Positions 12,690 to 25,009 of a stretch of DNA of 60,086 nt are shown piece after piece. The stretch covers positions 34,100,001 to 34,160,086 of the forward strand of contig NC_134480.1 of assembly GCF_964194025.1 (NCBI RefSeq), given 5' to 3'. The stretch's first letter is position 1; each line of letters opens with the position of its first letter. The notes beneath the pieces were generated by a model, which saw nothing but the letters and a program-made list of their open reading frames with translations, searched no databases and was not told the DNA's origin. Both the position numbers and the translations under genes were made by a program. The DNA is from Convolutriloba macropyga (taxonomy: Eukaryota).

Positions 12690-14080
12690 TTAGAAGTTTA
12701 AAGCGAAAAAATCTGTGATAGCATCGGTGTAGTTATTTTTGTCAAAGTATTCTGTTTGTTGGTTTTGATCCTCTACCCAGTGGACAGAGTGGGACGAGCG
12801 GGGTTGTTGGTTGTAAAATTTACTACTTGATGTCTGAATGTGGTTAGTGTGTGATTGTGGGATAAGAATGTTGAAAACTCTCTCGTTCATAAAATTGTCT
12901 TGCGTCAGTTTCACGCTGACTAAACTCGTTCTTCTGGGTGAACTTTTGTTCATAGGATTTAATATAATTGTTGTTATAGTGTTTATTCCTGTACCTATGA
13001 TTGTCATATCCACTGTTAGTATTATTTGGGCGATTCTGGTTATTAAAATACGGTTTACTGTTTGGTTAGTCAGTTTTGTGTAGTCAGTACTGAAGGATGT
13101 CTTTTTCTCCTTTTCTTCGGTGAGTTTTCTTTTCATTTTTTAATATCTTTCGTCAATCCTATGTTCAGAACACTTAGAAATAGAATGACAATGGTTACGG
13201 CAATAGTTGCAAAAGCGTGTATTGTTTGGCCGTCCTTTTACATTGGAGTCTTTAAAAATCCCTGAGTTAATAGCGCTAGCCTCGTTATTTCCTATTAGGC
13301 TAGTAAGCTCTTTAATTTGTGCTTCAAGGCTACTAATTTTATCATTTGTTTGTTTTAGTGTGCCGTCAGTGCTAACAGTGAAAGTTAGGTCGTTTGTTAT
13401 TAAATGATTTTGTATTTCATCCCATGTTTTATCCGGATTTTCTATTTTATATTCATGAGCTTTGCGCTTTAGAGATGGAGGTTGCAGACCTCTTATAGCA
13501 AAACCAATGAACTTTTGCTCTCTTTCTCTCTGCTGTATTGTTCGTTCGTTGGCTATTTGAGCAGGGTTAGTTATCCTCGCAGGTATATTTTCAGGCCATC
13601 CTCTATCAACAGCGTGTTAAATACGGTGGAAAAATTTTTTTTATTATTTCCTGTTCGTGTCTAGTGGCACCTTCCACATCCAGTCGATACTTAAATTGAT
13701 CACGGCTGTCTGTGAATCTATTTTTTAATTCTCCTTTAATTTGGTCGAGGTTGCTTGTGGGGTCTACAGTATTGAACCACTCTAATGCGGTTTCTGTTAG
13801 TAGTGATCAAAATAGCACTTTGCGTCTAATTTGGTGACTTTTAATGCAGTGGCGTCTGTAGGTATTTTTTGTTCAACGGAGTTCCAGAAGTCACTTGCAA
13901 TTTGTCTTGGGTCGTTTCCCGAGAAAGTGACAAATGACATGTTGGATGAGAGAGTCGGGTATCAATTAATTTTCTTGTTACTGTCGTTGCGCCGCCTGAT
14001 CCGGAGCTTACAGTTTTTGTACCTGGAGTACCGGAGCCAGTTGAAGGAGCTGCAATACTCGGCGTTCCTCCGGAGGACAT
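12690..14080 (-). pseudogene. gag: Gypsy gag, degenerate
   Basis: First ATG after the 5' LTR (MSSGGTPS..). Fragments continue to an Asn/Gln-rich C-terminus that ends at the slippery site. Confidence 0.75.
12696..12702 (-). promoter_or_regulatory. -1 ribosomal frameshift slippery heptamer T TTA AAC at the gag-pol junction
   Basis: gag ends GCT TTA AAC TTC TAA. The -1 frame reads openly FKLLKSPKVSTNSNPKSRIYLNMYYFNTRDINKNSGLEIEYLINTGST into the protease. Confidence 0.85.
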
Positions 14081-14137
14081 TATATTATGTTTGTTTTATT
14101 TTTTGTTGCTTTAGAAGGATAGAAAATACTTTGCGTG

Positions 14138-14154
14138 CCTCACTGGTCGCATCA
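14138..14154 (-). promoter_or_regulatory. Putative degenerate primer-binding site (TGATGCGACCAGTGAGG)
   Basis: Lies immediately 3' of the 5' LTR on the minus strand and resembles a TGG-initiated tRNA complement; the tRNA identity is uncertain. Confidence 0.45.
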
Positions 14155-14869
14155 GTTTATACTAGAGGGTAGGGGGTGCAAAGGTTCTATCTCCTGACTC
14201 AACGGTCGTACTCCTAGTATACGCTATCTTTCTGAGCTTGATAAGTCTCACAAAATTACTTAAGGATTTAAATATGTATATTTGACTTCTTACTCTAGTT
14301 ATAAGATTTGCCTAAGCTTTGTAGAAATTTAACGTAGATAATGTACAGCACAAGTTGTATGATTAAAAGAGTTACATTTAAAGTTATAAAGTCTAACCTG
14401 TGAACAGGAAAAGGCTGGAAAGGTTAGTAAAAACTTTATTAACTTGAATTATTATCAGTAACTATTTATCTTTTCTTAGATAAAAATCTGATTTGAATAA
14501 TATCTCTAACTATTCCCTTATCGTAATACTTGAGAAAAAGGTTTAGTAATTCCTCTTTGAATTACTTTTATTTTGAGATTACTTTCTCAATTTGGAGATA
14601 TTAGATTCTCAGTTTCTCTGAGTTATTAAATTTTAATTTCTTAATGTTGTGCTTTTTGCTTTGGTATATATGGTTTTTAGAACGGGATAATTCCCGTGCT
14701 GCTGGCTGGACGGCAAAATGTCCGTTTGGCTGGACGGTAAAATGTCCGTTGGACATTTTATGCAATGTTATTGGTCCAGCTAATTGCATCAATCTATTAT
14801 TAGAATGATGTAATTTTTAGTTAAGCTAAGTATTCCATAAATATAAGAAGTAACTTGTACTTCGGTACC
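14155..14869 (-). mobile_element. 5' LTR
   Basis: Homologous to 664-1389. TATATA at 14665-14670 and AATAAA (minus strand) at 14567-14572 are in U3-R order. Confidence 0.88.
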
Positions 14870-16089
14870 GAGTTAACGATCGTTACTTCGATATACTCTA
14901 TCTTTTCGACTTTCAAGAATTTTTTCCACTCATTCATATGTAAAACTTACGTTTTTTTTTAGAATAATTGATGTATTCGAAAGTAGAGATGGAGAGCTCA
15001 ATTAGCACTTTTATTAAGCTATATGATGATGTAGGAAAACTATGCAAGATATGCAAATGAAAATTTAAGTAACACTTTTATTAGCCTATTACATGAGAGT
15101 TGAATGTAGGGGAATTGTTTATATATTCAGCAGATACGAAAACTCATTTTCTGAAATGAGCTCTCTCTCAAACTTTTTCCTTTCTCTCTTTCTCTCACCT
15201 TTTTAACTGTAACTCTCCATACTCTGAAAAATTAACCAACTTAGTTTTCTGCCTCCTGGGTTCAATCATAGACAGCTCTCTCTCTCTCTCTCATTGGGAA
15301 GAGTGATCTTACAAAGACTTTTGATTTCGCATCGAGGACTGGCAACTCATCAGTAAAAGATAATTTTTTCTCTCTGTTTTGCTTGTCTTTTGTTTGTATG
15401 CAGTAGCTACACATTCAGCAAGAAATGCCCCTCAGGCAGAACAGCAGCACAAAAATTGGAAGCATAAGGCGAATTAAGACTTTTGGATTGAATTTAAGAT
15501 AACATGAAATTTCGGTAAATCTTCTGAGAGCTTAAGGTTCAACGGCAGTAATTTCCAACTCCTTGAAAATCTGTAAAGTGTTAAAAACGATGTCTTGCAA
15601 AAAAAAGAAATGCTACAGGGGCAACAAGTTATTTCTCTTAATGTAAACCTATAGTTTTCAAAAAGCTTGATAAGATGGAAATTGAGCACCGCAGAACAAA
15701 AAACAGAAGATAGCCAGCGAGATCTATTCTTACATCTCGATTAGCAGGAAAGCCTTCGTTCATCGCAAGTACTGACGGTAAAAAATTTCTTTATTCTTAT
15801 GTAGGTAAGTTTGACCCTTCAAAATACCAGACAAATTAGCACTCTAAATGAAGTCACCACGCAATTGACTCAAGAGGAGCCTGCGGGTGCAGCTAAGCAA
15901 TTCAGCAGAAAGAAAAGGATTGAAGTTAGTCAAAAAATTTGTCAACTTGTTTAATGACTAGCCCAAATTTTTTAAGTGTTCATCAAACTTGAAGTGAAAG
16001 TTTGGTTGAAATTAGGTAGCACGAAAATTTTTGTTATTACATTAGAAATTCTGTGACGCAGAGAGAAAATTTAAAAAAATACTATGTTA

Positions 16090-19000
16090 TTTTTGCATTA
16101 GATCAAATAATTACCCTGCTTTTTAATCATCCAATAATCGGCCAAGATTCGCTCGGTTAACAATCGCGTCGTAACAAAACGTATACTTGTGATTAGTCAT
16201 TCAGCTCAGTCCTATAGGTTGTGCACAAACTATCGGGTGTGAGAAATTGGCGAAATTGACATGAAATTGGGTATTTATCATCTCAGTAATTTGTGCCCTT
16301 TATTTTCAAGGGCACGCTCTATAACTTGATAACACGTGCACGCTTTGAGAAATTTTCAGGTTTAGAGAGCGCGGTAGTCAATTGATTGATTAATGTCATC
16401 AAAATTATTAACTTGATATAAAGTCTGTTTTGCTTCTGAATAATGCAGTAAATTCACTTAATTAAAAAAATTAAAAATGCTAAATTGTTTATTTTTCAAG
16501 ATATGGTCCTAGTTTTGTAATTCTTTACCCCAATTAGAAATTGACAATTTTTGATGAATCTGTTTTCGAATTCATGAACAAATTCTGTTCACCTAAGGAT
16601 AAATGAGAATAACAATATTGCAACCGAAAGGTTTTATTTTGATCAAGTAGAATTAGTTTCACATTCATTATAATAAATTTACCAACCCAAGCCAAAAGCG
16701 CGACCTTCAAAGAACGTCGAAAACGAATTAAAACCCTCACGTGTACATTTTAAAAAGCCGGAAGTCTGCAGTGCAAGACGTTAAAATTACAGGAGTTGCT
16801 ATTTAGCCGTGTGGACTTTCGACATTTTAAAAAAATGAGGAGCGTTTCGTCTTTAAAGCATGGTTACCAGACTCTCAACAGGAGTCACTTTAATATTCTG
16901 ACTTGGTATCTCGAACCGCTTTTTCAATGACTTCAAGCAGAGTCGTGTAACCATTTCTTAAATTCTTATAGGAATTTATCCTTACAGATCACCATCAGTG
17001 GTAAAATCTTAAATGCAACCTAACATAACATTACCTATGTAGAATTGACCCACTTGAGATGCGATTAAAATTAACTGGGATCACTGTTTTCCGTTTGTCG
17101 TGAACTGTTCCTAATCCCGTACCCGCGTATCATATGTTATCCCAGGTTGAGGTGCCATACAGAAGTGTCCTCTGATCAGACCGTGCCAGACGAAAGTAAC
17201 CTCTGATCAGACCATCCCAGACCCAAGTATCCTCTGATCAGACTAAGGTGCGCTCGAAACACCGTGTACGCTGTAAGTGCGCTCGAAACTGTCTCTGATC
17301 AGACCTTTCAAGACTGAAAGGACCTCTGATCAGACCAAAATCAGATCATTATCCAGACGATTATGCGACCATGTGTCAGACCAAACCCAGACCATCGTCC
17401 AGACGAGTGTGCGCTCAAAATCACTTCTGATCAGACTATTGCGCGCTCAAATGTCACTCCTGATCAGACTATTGTGCGCTCGAAATCACTTCACCGCACG
17501 AATTTTATAATACATTCATTTCATAAAAATTGATGTTAGCATTATTAAATTAATCTAAAGAAAAGTCCATTCTAAAAGTATTATTGAAAAGAAAAGAAAA
17601 CCTAACTGCTGAGAAAAAATTTATTTAGTATACATTAATGCATATTTCGAACTCAATGGATGAATTTAGACAGCTTTCGATATAAAACGTCGTATTCTAC
17701 AGTTAAACAAAATTTCCTTGTAAGGGGACTGGCATGTTTTATCAGCTGGACCCATTTGGTTCTGATCAAAAGCATCAGACTCTAGATGTGTCTGTGATCA
17801 GAATGCTGCTCTTTGCTGCCTCTTGGCTGAGCCAATATAGCTCGGTAAAATAAAATAAAAAAGTAAAACTAAAAAAATTGCGCTTGAAATGTTCTCTGAT
17901 CAGACTAATGTGCGCTTGAATTAGCCTCTTATCAGACCATTCTCATCTTGAATTGACCTCTGATCATACCATCCCCAGACAGAAGTGACCTCTGATCATA
18001 CAATCCCCAGACCGAATTGACCTCTGATCATACTATTGTGCGCTCGAACCAAATCCCAGACCCAGTAATTTTGATCTGGGAACACACTGTGTGCGTTGGA
18101 CTTGGTCTGATCAGAGGTCACTTCCGGATGGCACCTCAACCTGGGATCTACTTGAAAGTTAAACTAGTAGAAATATAAGACAAAAGTTGGAACAGGTCAA
18201 TTTTAACTGTACAACAAAGTATAGAAGTTATATATCAATAAAGGTCATACAATAATTAGTAAAGGACAAGTGCACAATTCGGAACTAATTAACCGATGAG
18301 CCAGAACACAAATATAAAGTATTTGGTAACGCGCCTATCAGGAACGTTCAGTACTGATATGAGTCGCGTGTACCACACCCTTTCATAATCTTGAAACACG
18401 GGAGAGAGTATTTCAAATCAAATCCTGAATTGGGTGGAAGTTATTTTTGCAAATGTAAACGTGGGCAAACTCAAGTCGGCAAAAGATTTCAGTATTTAGT
18501 AGTTTTGTTCTGACCTCATTTGGAGGGGATGAGGAAATATTTGCTCAACTGGGTTGTTTTCTTCAGTCAATTTTGGCCGATCGTTATATGTGACATTGAA
18601 GTACATCAGTGCAATCATTAGAAAGCCCATCGACAGTTGTATAAGTAAAGATAAATTTTAATTCTTCCAGGGAATTATTGAGGTTTACTTTCATTCTTTA
18701 AATTATTTTTTGCCGTATTTTTTGCTCAAAAATTGACCTATATAGCAAAAACAGGCCAAAATTGTAAAAGATAGTGTTATTGGTTCTGCCTTCACAGTTA
18801 AAAGAGATTTGACAAACAGATTGCTTCTACTTTACTTTTCGACTTAAATTTGGATTTCTAATGGGAAAGGCACCGAAAAGCTCTTTGAAGCTCATTTTGT
18901 CAAAAATTTAGAAGTATTTTGCATTAGATCAAATTATTACCGTGCTTTTTAATCATCCAATAATTGGCCGAGATTCGCTCGGTTAACAATCGCGTCGTAA

Positions 19001-20392
19001 CAAACGTATACTTGTGATTGGTCATTAAGCTCAGTCCTATAAGTTGTGCACAAACTATCAGGTGTGAGAAATTGGCGAAATTGACATAAAATTGGGTATT
19101 TTTTCATCTCAGTAATTTGTGCCCTTGATTTTCAAGAGCACGCTCTATAACTTGATAGCACGTGCACGCATTGATTAATGTCATCAAAATTATGAACTTG
19201 ATATAAAGTCTGTTTTGCTTCTGAATAATGCAGTAAATTCACTGAACTAAAAAAATTAAAAATGCTAAATTGTTTATTTTTCAACATATGGTCCTTTCTT
19301 AGTACTTCTTTACCCCAATTAGAATATGACAATTTTTGATGAATCTGTTTTGGAATCCATGAATAAATTTTGTTCTCGTAAGGAGAAATGGGAAGAACAA
19401 GGTCGTCATCGAAAGTCTTTGGTCTGATCAAGTGGATTTTTTTTCACATTCATCGCAAAAAATTTGCCCACCAAATACAAGGGAATTTGACCTTCAATAA
19501 ACGCCGAAAATAAATTAAATTCATATATGAATTTATCCTTATGGTCGCGATCAGATGGTATTGAGGTAATGGTAGTAAGTGAATCCTAACGTAACATTAT
19601 TTGTGTAGAATTCATCTAATTAAGATGCGATTAAAACTAACTGGGATTAGTGTTTTCCATTTAATTATCTTGAAATATGAGAGAGAGTACTTCAATTCGA
19701 ATCCAGAATGTGGTGGAAGTAACTTTTGTAAATACAAAAAGGCAACATCAAGTTGACAAAAGGCTCCGATGTTTCGTAGTTTTTGCTCTGATCTCATTTA
19801 GTGGGGGGGGGGGTATACGCTCAACTGGGTTGTTTTGTTCATTGAATTTTGGCCGATCGATATATTTGACATCGAACGACCTGAGTGCCATCAATCGATA
19901 CCATGCAAATATACAAATAGACAAACAATTAGGATCATTCGGGTCTTATTTTTGTATACAGAGGCTTAATGTCTTAATGGGTAACATTAATCAATAACCA
20001 GAAGATTAATGTATAATTTTGATTACTTCAATATACATTCCTGATTATTGTGAAGGCATTTAAACTTTAACTTTTCGGTAATACTATATTATGTTTTATA
20101 TGTTTGAAAAAAAAAACAAAATTAGAAAGCCCATTGAAAACAAAATTTTGATTTTTTTTAGGGAGTTATTGAGGTTTAATTTTTTTAAAGTTGTTTTTGA
20201 GGCATTTTGCTCAAAATTTGCTCAAATTAGCAAAAACATGTAAGAATTGTAAGGAAAGTGTTATTGGTTCTGCCTTCACAAATTGAAGAGGTTTGATGAA
20301 CAGACTGATTCTAATTTTTTAAAACTAAAATGGTGATTTTTCAAGAAAAAAGTCACCACAAAGCTCTTTAAGCCCATTTTGTCCAAAATTGC
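16090..20392. repeat. Old imperfect tandem duplication (copy A ~16090-18912 including a MITE; copy B ~18913-20392)
   Basis: TTTTGCATTAGATCAAAT..CAATCGCGTCGTAACAAA starts both copies and AAAGCTCTTT..CATTTTGTC.AAAATT.AGAAG ends both; the internal blocks are collinear. Confidence 0.8.
17141..18145. mobile_element. Non-autonomous DNA transposon (MITE), EnSpm/CMC-like
   Basis: ~42-bp imperfect TIRs CCCAGGTTGAGGTGCCAT.C.GAAGTG.CCTCTGATCAGACC, flanked by AT on both sides, with many subterminal (C)TCTGATCAGAC motifs. Absent from duplicate copy B. Confidence 0.85.
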
Positions 20393-23089
20393 AGAAGTTC
20401 AGGCCAAAACTGCAGAAGTACAGGCCATGTGCTGAAATATCCATCGTTCATTAAAATGCAACGTGTTTTACTTCAAATTTCCGCAAAAGTTTTCAGGAAT
20501 TAAACTTTCTCCAGTTTTTCGCTAACTGTTCCGACAGTTCTTGCAAAATGGGGGAAAGTGCAAGGCTGGTTTTTTTTTCTTCACAAAAATGTTCTTTGTC
20601 TGCCAAACGTAGAGACATTCCATTTTGTCGCCTTTAGAAGCTAATGTTGCTTTTTGTTAAAATTTGTACATTTTTAAGGCAAGACGAAAACGGAGCTGTT
20701 TAAAATGGAAAGCAAACAAGAAGAAAAAAGTAGATAAATTAAACCATTTCAATAATAATTTTTTCATAGAAATCTTAATACACTATATTATATTTTTTAA
20801 TGGACTATGCAATTTTTTAAAAGAAGAAAAAACATTTTCTGTATCAATGAAAATGTTTTTTTTAAAAAACAAGTTTTCAAAAGACAAAAAATAGAGAATG
20901 AAAACTTTATGACAACTTTTTACGTGTTTTCCCTCCTGCGTATTTATTCTCCTAACTTGGTTATTAAAACGTTGTGTAGTTGGAAAGCAAAAATGTAAAA
21001 CAAATTTTTATCTAAATTTTTAAAAGTTATTACCTTGTGTTTGTTTTATGTTTATTTACTTGCTCAAGACTGAATCCAATTAAACGACTGTTTTCCTACC
21101 GATTTTCACCAAAACTATAGGAAGTAGTCTCGCTAGAGGAAGCAGACAGCACAAATAGGAACTAGAACGCTTTGTCCATCATTCTGCTGAGCCCTCTGGT
21201 TTCTCGCACAAACTATTTTCTGTGAAATTTAAGGCCTCTATATAGTAGATTATTGGATCAAACGGAGACCAAAATTAATGTAGTTTTTATACTTTTTGAG
21301 GACTGAAGAGAAAGATAAATAAAGTAATTGTTTTAATTTTTGCAGTCACTTACTCTAGACAGTCATTCCATGCTGCAAAATTGTTCTTTCAATTTGTGTT
21401 ACTCGAGAATTAACCTTGCTGGTCAAATAAGGGATTTTGAGAAACAACAACAGTAAGTTGGCATTTTTGAGCAACAGGAAAAGGTTGTTTTTGTTCCAAT
21501 TTCTGTTATGATTCATTTGATTTTCGATCTTAAGCAATCATGTGCCTTAAACATGTTTTCAGTTAGCTGAAGATGTAAAGTCGTCACTGGTACACTATCA
21601 TTTTGTTAAGGCAAAAATAACTCGAATGAGAGACGTAGTTGATCATTATTTTCAGTGTTTTCAGATAACTGGGCAAATAAACGGTTAAATTTGATTCTAT
21701 GTGTTCTAGCTCTCATGATTTTAATTGGACACGAAAATTGATGAACTGATTCTAATGGGTCTTTTGAAAAGCATAGAAATAATTTACCTTAGGAAAAAAA
21801 CAAAAATTTCCATATTTCAACTTCTTTTTTACTTTAGAGACCTAAAATAGCGTTGATGTTTAAATCGTTCAGAGATAATTTTATTTATTAGCAGCTAACT
21901 TGATGCAATGTCATATTCCGAGTGTTTTTAGGATTCCTTTCAATGGATTCCTTTCAAAACCATTTTTCTGTCCGCCTTGTTCGGCAACTGATATTGGATA
22001 AATTGTTTGACAGTACTTTTTAAATAAAGTGATAAACTGGTGATGAATCAAATTTTTTGTTTTGAGAAAGTTTGACGTTGTAAACTGATAAAAAACTACT
22101 GGATCCTAAGAGTTATTTTTCTGTCAGTTGATATTGCCAAAACCATATCCAATTAATTACGGGTTCAATTGGAAGCTTTGGAAATCAGATGGAAACGGTT
22201 TGAAATTAAGATTATGCTTGAGTTTTGGAGGAGATGTAATACATAATTCGCAAAGTTAATCTCGCATGGCGTGGAACCTAAATAATTGTCCAATTGCGTG
22301 GGGTTGCAATTTTGATCAATGGAAATTTGAGAGTGCAAATCTAAATTACGAACCAATTCCGCGGAACAAATTAAAGATGCTGAATTTTGATCAATCAGAC
22401 GATATGATCAGATTACATTTCACAACGAGAAATTAATTCAAATAACGGTGAAGAAGTGATTTGTTAGACCAATCACATACGAAAAAGTATCCAGTAAATT
22501 AAAGAAGCAAGAATTAAAAATGAACTAAATCATCAATTACGAGAAAGAGTGCTTTATCACAAAAAAGTTGACTATAATTTTTCTTTTCTTTTTCTTTAAT
22601 AACTAACAATTTTTTTGCTGGTGCTCTCATATTGTCTTTAATATTGTGTATATGTTGCAGTATACTGGACAAAAAATTGTTCTTCTGTAAATTATTAACA
22701 GTATTAGGTTAGGGTTTTGAGTTTTTCATGTTATCGGAGACGTCGTACAAGAGTGCTTTTAGAAGAAATTGTGGTACACAATACCATTTGTTGAATAAAC
22801 TGTTTTAATAATTTCACCCCAAAACTTTTTATTTGTTCATGTTCATGTCAAAAGTTTTCAAGCCTTTAGTTCACGAAACTCACTTGTAAACATTTTGAAG
22901 ATGTTCACTTGTGAGTCATATTGTCTGGTAACTAATTTTTCGTTTCTCTGTAAAATATTATCTAATCAAAGTGTTTAGACAATGTTGTTGTCTAATCTAA
23001 ACGATTTCTCAGTAATCGAAGTGACTATCAATTCTCGACTTCTGAATTGTGTGAATTGTCTGAATACAGTAGTTTTAGCGGTGATTTTT

Positions 23090-23173
23090 TGTAAGATTTG
23101 CGATTCTTAGCGTTGAATTATTTCTTTTTCACTGCATTCATCGCATTCAACGCTAAAAATCGCAATTCTTACA
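23090..23173. repeat. Inverted repeat with 29-bp arms
   Basis: TGTAAGATTTGCGATTCTTAGCGTTGAAT (23090-23118) versus 23145-23173, 2 mismatches. Confidence 0.8.
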
Positions 23174-23900
23174 TCTTTTCACCACATTCACCGCAAATTT
23201 TACATTTTTAGCGATTTTTAGCGTGGACACCTCGACCCGGGGGGGTTCTGTTACCCCCGAGATCAAGTATCGTCTGTGACCAGACTTGATGCCCTTGAAA
23301 CGACCTCGGATCAGACTTTTGTTTGCTTGAACGGTTTTTGCATTCCATGTGCGCTATTTACCTTGGTCCATTTGTTCACAGCAGTAACTAATTTTGGGCT
23401 CAGCTTTTGCTTCTGAGTTTGTATGTTTAGCGTAGTTGAGATACAAATCTGGAAAATGATATTTAACCCCTGATCTAAAAATTATTTCTAAATTTTTTAC
23501 GTCCAATCTCAGGCGCCAAAAAATTCACAGAACGTCGAGAATCAAAAATTATAATTTACAAGTAACTGCCAAATTTACATAATAAATTATAAAGCACAGC
23601 TCCATACAGAAACAAAAAGTTTTATTCAGTTCGACTTCAAGATGATAAATTCTAAACCACCCCCTCCCTCCCCGGGAGAGTGAAGATTTCTTTTCTATCA
23701 TTGTGAGCATTCGACACTAAGAACGCCTTGTGATCTGGAAAATATATTGTTCCTACAAATTTCCAACATAGAGAATTATAAAACTATAAGTTATTTATTC
23801 TGAGTTTCATCCCAATGATCAGTAATAAAAGGCCGGAGGCGGGTGGCGGGGAGAGGGGGGGGGGGGTGAATTGTGTGTAAAATTTAGTTTTCCTCAAATT

Positions 23901-24437
23901 TTACTTGGCATTTTTTACTGCCCATTCCATTCCTTCCTGAATTCCGTCTCCTTTTCCAGCGGCGGAACTCATTTGAACTTTCCACTCTCGATCCGTCAAA
24001 TCCTCCACTTCGAATGATCTTTTAATCTGGTTTTCGGACACTCCTCCTTTCAAATCTTTTTTATTCGCAAAAATCAAAACTGGTACACCTTCGAGTTTAC
24101 TTTCTTCAAGGGCGTCAAGAAACGCTGTAGCCGATTCTTCCAATCGCTTCGTATCTGTCACATCTACAACGTAAACTAAAACGTCAGTGCCTTCGAAATA
24201 ATTCCTCCAGTAGGGTCGCAAGTTTTTCTTACCCCCGACGTCAATAATCGTCATTTTGACCCCGTCTTTTTCAACTAATTTGACGTTCACGCCTTGAGTT
24301 GGAACAACAATTGGTTCTTCGTTTGTAATGATTTTAAGAATTGTAGTTTTTCCAGCATTGTCCAAACCGAGGAATAGAATTTTGAGTTGCTTCTCTTTGT
24401 GTTTGTGAAGTTTTCGTAAAGCTTCTAGTAGGCCCAT
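23901..24437 (-). CDS. ARL3: ADP-ribosylation factor-like GTPase, divergent ARL3-like paralogue, intronless
   Basis: MGLL..LRKL N-terminus, GLDNAGKTT P-loop, PTQG, RPYWRNYFE.TD, VPVLIFANK.D and G.GIQEGMEW; 178 aa, intact. Confidence 0.9.
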   Translation of the reverse strand: MGLLEALRKLHKHKEKQLKILFLGLDNAGKTTILKIITNEEPIVVPTQGVNVKLVEKDGVKMTIIDVGGKKNLRPYWRNYFEGTDVLVYVVDVTDTKRLEESATAFLDALEESKLEGVPVLIFANKKDLKGGVSENQIKRSFEVEDLTDREWKVQMSSAAGKGDGIQEGMEWAVKNAK

Positions 24438-24714
24438 CTTGCTAAAATTGATGAATTTAAAACTAATTATCTATTTATTTCGCTCTAAATTTATTACACC
24501 ACAAAACTTAGCTAGTTGAATGTAGAATGCGAATTTAAAACTGTTCTCCACTGCCCCCTGAGATACTTTGCGATTTTTAAACAATAATCCGAAAACACGA
24601 TTCATTATCAGAAAATCGAATGGATTTTAAAACTTAAACACGTTTCAAAAAATCCGAATAATTGTTCACACCTCTACGAATCGAGTTCGGTAAAAATTTA
24701 ATATTGCTCAGCTT

Positions 24715-25009
24715 GGATCTTTTCCGTTTGTGCCCCCCCCCCCCCCAGCTTAGTGGGGGCATATTACTTGCACCCTCAGACGCACGTGCCATATTTTTAC
24801 AATGATTTACGGATCTTTTCCGTTTGTCCCCCCCCCCCCCCCCCCAGGTTAGTGGGCGCATAATATTTGCACCCCCAGACGCACGTGCAATATTTTTAAA
24901 TAATTATTTACCATGTAATGGCACGTGCTCTGTAACTGGAGGGCGCATAACGTACTGGGTGGACTTTGGGCACAAACGGAAAAGATCCGGGCACAAACGG
25001 AAAAGATCC
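24715..25009. mobile_element. MITE with GG-ended 21-bp TIRs and 8-bp TSD (Merlin-like or MULE-like)
   Basis: Perfect TIR GGATCTTTTCCGTTTGTGCCC; TSD CTCAGCTT at 24707-24714 and 25010-25017; extra inner TIR copies at 24811 and 24968-24988. Confidence 0.9.

Larger units (their letters stand above)
7500..12702 (-). pseudogene. pol: Gypsy pol (protease, macrodomain, RT, RNase H, integrase), degenerate
   Basis: Protease YLINTGSTC (~12560-12585, catalytic D>N); RT WFVNPIIL..KLVIDAHYLN and YIDD (10417-10428); RNase H HIHADSS..GTG and RELCGII; integrase PFHTIHIDHKGP..LVLVDNFSRF..RFGIPQQIVHDNATAF. The 3' boundary is approximate. Confidence 0.92.
3648..14869 (-). mobile_element. Decayed Ty3/Gypsy LTR retrotransposon with env and macrodomain
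   Basis: LTRs at both ends; domain order gag-PR-(macro)-RT-RH-IN-env; many stops and frameshifts. Confidence 0.93.

Noticed and set aside
22128-22440. Protein-like plus-strand frame after a TTTCTGTCAG acceptor (KPYPINYGFNWKLW..CPIAWGCNFDQW)
   Set aside because: Contains an in-frame stop and matches no family I recognise.
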